Positions 57,499 to 64,000 of a stretch of 64,000 nt of DNA are shown one piece after another. Each line of letters opens with the position of its first letter. Within the stretch, counting starts at the first letter, position 1. A program made the position numbers and the translations under genes. The notes below the pieces were generated by a model. The model did no database searches and was not told where the DNA came from. It saw only the letters and a program-made list of their open reading frames with translations. This DNA comes from a virus: the IMG/VR virus record IMGVR_UViG_3300027782_000037, positions 93,277-157,276 of that record. The stretch is one strand, 5' to 3'.

Positions 57499-57873
57499 AT
57501 GTCAACTTTTATTGGATTCTCAACAGTTAATAGAAACAAAAATTTTGTTTTAGTTGACGATGACCTGATCAAACAGGATTTATTAAACGCCTTTAATATT
57601 AGACAGGGTGAGTTAGTTGGTCGCCCGGGATATGGCACTTTAATCTGGAATTATTTGTTTGAAAATCAAACTGCCGAACTGGAAGCCGCTATTTACCGTG
57701 AAGTTCAACGTATTATTGGTGGTGATCCTAGACTATACCTAACTAATCTCTATATGTACCCCCAGGAGAATGGCATACGGCTGCAATTAGAGTTACAGAC
57801 TGTAGCTACTACTTCTCCACAAATATTATCTATTTTCTTTAATGAAACTTCACGTTCCGCTAGCTACTCTTAA
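57499..57873 (+). CDS. gp25: Baseplate wedge protein (gp25-like)
   Basis: IKQDLLN.F.IR.GE...P.YG..IW.YLFE...DPR; late motif 6 nt upstream. Confidence 0.9.
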   Translation: MSTFIGFSTVNRNKNFVLVDDDLIKQDLLNAFNIRQGELVGRPGYGTLIWNYLFENQTAELEAAIYREVQRIIGGDPRLYLTNLYMYPQENGIRLQLELQTVATTSPQILSIFFNETSRSASYS

Positions 57874-57933
57874 CTCATAACATAATAATAGCATATTATC
57901 GGTAGGATAAATAATTGTAACATTGGAACGACC

Positions 57934-60900
57934 ATGGCTACATCTACAAGACAAACCGTATTATTTGGGGTTGAGGATTGGAAAAAGATCTATCAAACCT
58001 ATAGCGAAGGTGACTTTCAAAGTTACGACTTTGAAACATTGCGCAAGAGTTTTATAGATTACCTCCGGCAATATTATCCAGAAACATTCAATGATTATAT
58101 TGAATCTTCGGAATTCATTGCATTACTTGACGTCATAGCTTTTATGGGTCAAGCCCTGGCATTTCGCACGGATCTAAACACTCGCGAAAGTTATATTGAT
58201 ACTGCGGAACGCCGAGACAGCGTTATTAAACTGGCAAATCTAGTTTCCTATACACCACAACGCAATACCGCAGCTAGTGGTTATCTAAAAGTAAACTCGA
58301 TTGTGACTACAGAAAATGTGGCCGATTATAATGGTGTGAATCTAGCTAACATTACTGTTAATTGGGCAGATCCCAGTAATTTTGATTGGCAAGAACAATT
58401 TATTGCAATTATAAACGCATCTTTGGTCAATACACAATATATTGGTTCTCCAGGTAATGACCAAGTGCTATTGGGAGTAGATACACAAGAGTATACTATT
58501 AACCTAGTACCTGGATATCTTCCAGTGATCCCGTACACATCCACTGTTAATGGCGTTAGTATGCCATTTGAGGCAGTTAATTCTACGTCACTGGGTCAAA
58601 CATACATCTACGAACCACCACCATTACCCAATGGTCAGTTTAATATTTTATTCCGTAATGATCAGTTGGGATTTCAGTCAGCTAATACCGGTTTCTTTTT
58701 CTACTTTAAACAAGGTACACTATTAAACCAAGATTTTAATCTAGTGGAACAAGTGTCTAATCGTACTGTTGATATTAATGTGGAAGGGGTTAATAATACT
58801 GATGTATGGTTATATCAATTAGACAATCTTGGTAATGCAAGAACTATTTGGGGTAGAGTACCTTCAGTATATGCTGCCGCAGTTGAACAAATGACACCCT
58901 CAATACGTGACGTATATTCTGTAACCAGTCGTACTAACGATCAGATAACGTTAGTATTTGGTGATAATGTGTTTGCTACTATTCCCGTAGGCCAATTTAG
59001 AAATTATGTTCGTGCATCTAACGGATTGCAATATATTATTAACCCGGAAGAAATGCAGTCTGTTCAAATTCCCATCAGTTATGTTAGTCGTACTGGCCAA
59101 ATTGAAACAGTGACATTTAATTGTGGAATTACCAGCCCGGTGACTAATGCAGCACCGCGCGAAACTATTGATCAAATTAAACAACGTGCGCCTGCTCGTT
59201 ATTACACACAAAATCGTATGGTTAACGGAGAAGATTATACAAATTTCCCTTTCACCACATACAATTCTATCATTAAAAGTGCTGCTCTTAATCGCAGTTC
59301 TATTGGCACCAGCCGCTATTTAGATCTAGTGGATCCTACCGGCAAGTATTCATCAACTAATGTGTTTGCCGATGATGGTGCATTGTGGTATATTAATAAT
59401 ACTCCTGCCTTTAACTTTACCTATCAGACTACTAACGATATTAATAATGTTATTATAAATGAAATTACTCCGGTATTATTGAAAGACACTTTCAAACAAT
59501 TTTATTACGCTTACTTTCCTCGCCCTAGTTTAACAGCATTGAATTATTCTTGGCATGAAAGTACAACTATTGTAAATGAAACCACTGGTTATTTTCAAAA
59601 TAGCAGTGGTGTGCCTGTTCCTGTTGGTAGTACTGCTAGCAATAATGCCAAATACATTGTCGAAACTGCGTTGGTACAATTTGTGCCGCCTACTGGCTAT
59701 TATTTCAATAAAAATAATGAATTGCAGCCCGGGGTACCAACCTCAGATGGTGACCATTTATACATATGGGCAAGCCCCACCGCTATTGATGGTAATGGTA
59801 CTAATGAGGGGTTAGGAAACTTATTAGATGGCACAGGTCCAGTAGTATTGAATACTTATATTCCTACAGGTGCCATACCGGTACAGGTTATCCCGGTGTT
59901 GACAACACAATTTGGGTCGAGTGTGCAATCTGCTATTCTTAACCAGATTTATTTAAATCAAAATTTTGGGTTAGGTTACGACAGTACTGGGGCAATTACC
60001 GGCACTCCGTATACATGGTATCTTATCACCTCGGCCAATCTTGCAGTGAACGCAACCTGGAGCCAGCAATTTGCAGGCAATACTTCTGGTGCTAACTTAG
60101 ATTCAAGTTGGATGATTCAAGCAACTTATGATGGGTCACAATATACAGTTAAATCTCGCAGTCTTGAATATTACTTCGGTAGTGTATTAGAAGTTCGTTT
60201 CTTCTTTGAAACAGCGCAAGCAATCTATGACAGCCGTACCGGTACAGTTATTTCAGATTTTATTAAGGTATTGAGATCAAATAGCCAGGCAAATAGTAAT
60301 TTGCCACTGCTTGGGGATATCGCCCTTAACATTATTGCACAGCCTGTATTAAGTGACGGCTTAGTTGATGATTTTCAAGTAATAGTAGGATATGAAGATT
60401 ATAACAATAACGGTATTCCCACAGATCCTGATTTCTTCCAGGCAATCGTTGGCGTGGATCCTTCGGATACTACACTTCCGTTACCTTATGTTTATTTTCA
60501 ATTGACCACAGATTTTGATAATTTGCAACGTTATTTGTTACAGCCATCTGGTGTGGTTAATGATAGTTATGCTACATTACCAGAAATTCAAGTGGTTACT
60601 GAGCAATATACAACGGGCCAGGTATTTTATGCTTACCAAGAAAATTTATTTTATATATTGACACTAACATTAGCTGGTCAACGAATATTAACACTCACTG
60701 ACAGTTGGCAAGCACGAGTTGGTCGGCAAGATCTATATTTTCAATATCGTCATAACTCTTCACTAACTAATCTTATTGATCCGGGTAGTTCTAACATTAT
60801 TGATTTATATGTGGTAACTTTGGAATATTATACCGCCTATGTAGCATGGATACGTGATACAACCAACACGGTTGATCCACCATTGCCCCCGACTATTGAT

Positions 60901-61365
60901 GAATTAACTACAAATTATGCGGGATTACAAAACTACAAGATGATCAGTGATAATATGATTCTTAACAGTGTGGAATTTTTACCACTCTTTGGTAGCAAGG
61001 CTCCCGAAGCATTAAGAGCTACTATTAAGGTTATTCCTGCGGCAAATACTAATGCCAGTAATAATCAAATACAAAATCTTGTACTGGCCTCCATGAACGC
61101 ATATTTTGACATTGCCAACTGGAGTTTCGGACAAACATTTTATTTCTCAGAATTAGCCGCGTATATACATTCTCAAATAGGAACGTATGTGGCGTCAGTA
61201 GTGTTAGTTCCTCTCAATACACAAAAATCGTTTGGTGATTTGTATGAAATACAATGTGCTCCATATCAAATTTTTGTTAATGGTGCAACAATCAATAATA
61301 TTGAAGTTATACAAACATTGACCAGCACTAATTTACAAACTGCCCCTGGTAGTGGAGCAATTTAA
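57934..61365 (+). CDS. gp6: Baseplate wedge protein (gp6-like)
   Basis: DFETLR...YLR..Y.E.FND, TAERRDSVIKLA...Y.P, FGD, E....IK.RAP..Y.TQNRMV..EDY. Confidence 0.88.
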   Translation: MATSTRQTVLFGVEDWKKIYQTYSEGDFQSYDFETLRKSFIDYLRQYYPETFNDYIESSEFIALLDVIAFMGQALAFRTDLNTRESYIDTAERRDSVIKLANLVSYTPQRNTAASGYLKVNSIVTTENVADYNGVNLANITVNWADPSNFDWQEQFIAIINASLVNTQYIGSPGNDQVLLGVDTQEYTINLVPGYLPVIPYTSTVNGVSMPFEAVNSTSLGQTYIYEPPPLPNGQFNILFRNDQLGFQSANTGFFFYFKQGTLLNQDFNLVEQVSNRTVDINVEGVNNTDVWLYQLDNLGNARTIWGRVPSVYAAAVEQMTPSIRDVYSVTSRTNDQITLVFGDNVFATIPVGQFRNYVRASNGLQYIINPEEMQSVQIPISYVSRTGQIETVTFNCGITSPVTNAAPRETIDQIKQRAPARYYTQNRMVNGEDYTNFPFTTYNSIIKSAALNRSSIGTSRYLDLVDPTGKYSSTNVFADDGALWYINNTPAFNFTYQTTNDINNVIINEITPVLLKDTFKQFYYAYFPRPSLTALNYSWHESTTIVNETTGYFQNSSGVPVPVGSTASNNAKYIVETALVQFVPPTGYYFNKNNELQPGVPTSDGDHLYIWASPTAIDGNGTNEGLGNLLDGTGPVVLNTYIPTGAIPVQVIPVLTTQFGSSVQSAILNQIYLNQNFGLGYDSTGAITGTPYTWYLITSANLAVNATWSQQFAGNTSGANLDSSWMIQATYDGSQYTVKSRSLEYYFGSVLEVRFFFETAQAIYDSRTGTVISDFIKVLRSNSQANSNLPLLGDIALNIIAQPVLSDGLVDDFQVIVGYEDYNNNGIPTDPDFFQAIVGVDPSDTTLPLPYVYFQLTTDFDNLQRYLLQPSGVVNDSYATLPEIQVVTEQYTTGQVFYAYQENLFYILTLTLAGQRILTLTDSWQARVGRQDLYFQYRHNSSLTNLIDPGSSNIIDLYVVTLEYYTAYVAWIRDTTNTVDPPLPPTIDELTTNYAGLQNYKMISDNMILNSVEFLPLFGSKAPEALRATIKVIPAANTNASNNQIQNLVLASMNAYFDIANWSFGQTFYFSELAAYIHSQIGTYVASVVLVPLNTQKSFGDLYEIQCAPYQIFVNGATINNIEVIQTLTSTNLQTAPGSGAI

Positions 61366-64000
61366 TGGCCGCAACAATTCGTTCTGTTGATTTTTTACCG
61401 GAAATCTTTCAAACTCCGGCAAACAAGCAGTTTTTATCAGCGACACTTGATCAGTTAATACAAGAACCCAAGTATAAACAGACTCAAGGGTTTATTGGTC
61501 GAAAGGTTGGCCCCGGTGTTAATCCCACAGATAATTATGTCATTGAACCCACGGTACTACGTAACAATTATCAATTGGAACCCGGTGTGGTTAGTGTGGA
61601 TCCCAATACGGCTAAAGTTATCGATGGTATCACTTATCCTGGTATACTATCCGCAATCGGCACGGAAGGTGGGTTTACTAATCAGGCTGATAGATTATTT
61701 GAAAGTGAATATTATACCTGGGATCCTTTCGTAGATTTTGACAAGTATAATAACTATGCTCAGTATTTTTGGTTACCTAATGGTCCAGATACGGTCACTG
61801 TGGCGTCAACTTATGTACCAACAGAAGAAACATTTACGGTTACACGCAGTAATGGTGCATATACGTTTACCGGTTATGATGGTAATAACCCGTCGCTGAC
61901 CTTGGTTCGAAATGGAAACTATAGTTTTGTTGTGGCACAGAATCAAGCAGCAACTATTCAATATCGTGTAACAAATAATGGCACTAGTAGTTGGAATATT
62001 AATTTTCAGACTAATCCAACGTTAACTCTTATTCGAGGCAACACCTATATTTTTAATCTGGTGCAGACCGCAGCCTTGTCTTTCTATATTAAGACACAAG
62101 TTAGCTTTGGTACAACTAATCTCTGGAATTCTGGAGTAATCAACAATGGTGGTACACAAGGTCTGGTTACATTTACCGTTCCACAGGATGCTCCTGATAC
62201 TCTTTACTATTGCAATGATTTAGAATATAACCTACAAGGTCAGTTTGATATCGTCAGTGCTGAACCAGGAACCGGTCCGGATTTTTGGATACAATCAGAA
62301 CCTGGGGTAGATGGTCTATTACCTTGGTCACGTAATATCAGTAGTCGTGGTGTGCTGGGGGTAGTAAACAACGGTATAGATTTAGGAACAGTAACGTTCA
62401 ATGTACCTGCATCTACCGCACAGAATTTTTATTATTCTTTGCCCTTTATTGGCTACCCTACTGCCACAACTGGACAGGTAAATTTAATCTGCGACTCAAT
62501 ACGGTATGATCAAATAAATGGTATTTTAGTTTCACAGTTTCTTGACACATATCCCAATGGTATAGACGGTATTACTAATCTTGACGGCCAAACTCTAGTG
62601 TTTACTTCACAATCGTCGGATCCGGCAGTAGGTGGATGGTACAATGTGCAACCTTTCGATCCCTTACCAACAGGCGATGATTTTCAAACAGGTGCGTACG
62701 ACACTACTGGATTTGCCGAAGCTATTCCAATAACCGATCCTGCGGTACAATCAAGTCTATGGCAAATAGAATATGTAAGTGACGCCAATGGGGTACCTTT
62801 TATTCAGCTTAATAGTATCCTGCCGATAGATAATTCAACACAATTTATTGTTACCTCTGGTACTCAATACGTTAATACACAATGGTATAAAAATTCTTCG
62901 GGAATTATTACTGAGATGCCGTTACTTACTGCGGCATTACCACAGTTATACTATCAGGATAGTGAAGATCCAAGTATATTTGGTGTAATTAATTTAATCG
63001 AAAGCAATATTAACCCTCCGGTAGCAGCATTATCTATTACTGCGGTTACGTCTACTGGATCTCAAGTAACATTGACGTTTGCAGAACAATCTTCTGCTCC
63101 CTATTCTATCGGTAGTACCATTATTGTATCAAACATTTCTCCATCTGGATACAATGGCAACTATACAGTAATTGCATGTACCACATCAACAGTAACTTAT
63201 GCAAGCACTTACACTGGTACATATAGTAGCGGCGGTGTAATAAATTCTATTAGTATTAATTCTTACATCAATGTTGATACTGACATCTTAGGACAAACAA
63301 ACTATACCAGTCCAAACGGTGTACAATTCACCAACGGACTTAAAGTTATATTTGAAGGTACTGTATATCCCGAATCTTATGTTAATAATACCTATTATGT
63401 GCAGGGTGTAGGATCCGGTATTCAATTAGTGTCCGTGGATAACCTAATAGTAGTGGAACCCTATTCGACCGACACCAATGGCCAGCCCATTGTTCCCGAT
63501 TACATGACTATTAACATGGCCAGTCCGGATCTTAATCCTTGGTCTCGAGGTAATCGCTGGTTTCATGCTGATGTTATTGATTATGCCGCAGCAATAAATG
63601 ACGTCGAACCGGTATACACCAATTTACAACGGGCAAATCGTCCTATTTTAGAATTTAGAGCCGGTACTAAGTTATATAATTTTGGAACTCAAGGAATTCC
63701 TGCGGTTGACATTATTGATTTTACTCAGACTGATGCACTATTAAATGTTAATGGACAAACTGGGTATGGATCCAATGGATATACTTTCGTGCAGGGCAGT
63801 CTGGTAATTTTTGCAGCTGATAATAACCCCAATGTTCGTAATCAAGTATATACTGTAAACTTTATTACTCCAGCGCCATCTGCTACCCCGGTTATTAATT
63901 TAGTTCCGACTAGTTATAGTCCTGTATTATATAATCAGACGACGGTATGTCGTAATGGACTCACTTTACCTATTGTCGATATAGTTGGTACTGGCACCTC
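61365..64000 (+). CDS. Large baseplate wedge/structural protein (gp7-like), truncated by the window end
   Basis: Not in the ORF track. ATG overlaps the gp6 stop (TAATG): MAATIRSVDFLPEIFQTPANKQFLSATLDQL...DFDKYNNYAQYFWLPNGP. Only part of the frame was translated by hand. Confidence 0.75.
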   Translation, partial: MAATIRSVDFLPEIFQTPANKQFLSATLDQLIQEPKYKQTQGFIGRKVGPGVNPTDNYVIEPTVLRNNYQLEPGVVSVDPNTAKVIDGITYPGILSAIGTEGGFTNQADRLFESEYYTWDPFVDFDKYNNYAQYFWLPNGPDTVTVASTYVPTEETFTVTRSNGAYTFTGYDGNNPSLTLVRNGNYSFVVAQNQAATIQYRVTNNGTSSWNINFQTNPTLTLIRGNTYIFNLVQTAALSFYIKTQVSFGTTNLWNSGVINNGGTQGLVTFTVPQDAPDTLYYCNDLEYNLQGQFDIVSAEPGTGPDFWIQSEPGVDGLLPWSRNISSRGVLGVVNNGIDLGTVTFNVPASTAQNFYYSLPFIGYPTATTGQVNLICDSIRYDQINGILVSQFLDTYPNGIDGITNLDGQTLVFTSQSSDPAVGGWYNVQPFDPLPTGDDFQTGAYDTTGFAEAIPITDPAVQSSLWQIEYVSDANGVPFIQLNSILPIDNSTQFIVTSGTQYVNTQWYKNSSGIITEMPLLTAALPQLYYQDSEDPSIFGVINLIESNINPPVAALSITAVTSTGSQVTLTFAEQSSAPYSIGSTIIVSNISPSGYNGNYTVIACTTSTVTYASTYTGTYSSGGVINSISINSYINVDTDILGQTNYTSPNGVQFTNGLKVIFEGTVYPESYVNNTYYVQGVGSGIQLVSVDNLIVVEPYSTDTNGQPIVPDYMTINMASPDLNPWSRGNRWFHADVIDYAAAINDVEPVYTNLQRANRPILEFRAGTKLYNFGTQGIPAVDIIDFTQTDALLNVNGQTGYGSNGYTFVQGSLVIFAADNNPNVRNQVYTVNFITPAPSATPVINLVPTSYSPVLYNQTTVCRNGLTLPIVDIVGTGT

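Noticed and set aside
61495-61734. 79-aa plus-strand ORF
   Set aside because: Out-of-frame overlap inside the large gene starting at 61365.
1-64000. Stop-codon reassignment
   Set aside because: Core genes are full length in the standard code. In-frame 9-nt gaps between genes recur at several junctions and look like ordinary re-initiation spacing.

Overview
A 64-kb segment of a large T4-like (myovirus-type) tailed phage genome, almost entirely virion morphogenesis genes in the standard genetic code. From left to right: (i) a ~26-kb minus-strand cluster of Gly/Thr/Asn/Ala repeat fibre proteins, small adaptors and tip adhesins (1-26384); (ii) a divergent TPR-glycosyltransferase, a Gly-rich protein and a Seg-like GIY-YIG homing endonuclease; (iii) the head module (gp23, gp22, gp21, an acidic core protein, two probable internal proteins, gp20 portal); (iv) two tandem tape-measure-like paralogues carrying different cell-wall hydrolase domains, plus a gp26/gp51-like pair joined by a probable -1 frameshift; (v) a ~430-nt structured non-coding element downstream of a compact GIY-YIG nuclease; (vi) gp46, gp47 and gp55; (vii) a plus-strand baseplate module (gp48/54-like, gp53, split hub, gp5, gp25, gp6, gp7-like running off the window). 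A late-promoter motif NTAAATA precedes most structural transcription units. The strongest candidates for undescribed biology are the structured non-coding element at 44608-45046 and a repeated head-to-tail connector pattern that appears to chain about ten fibre genes in gene order. All family calls come from motif recognition by eye; no database search or folding program was run.
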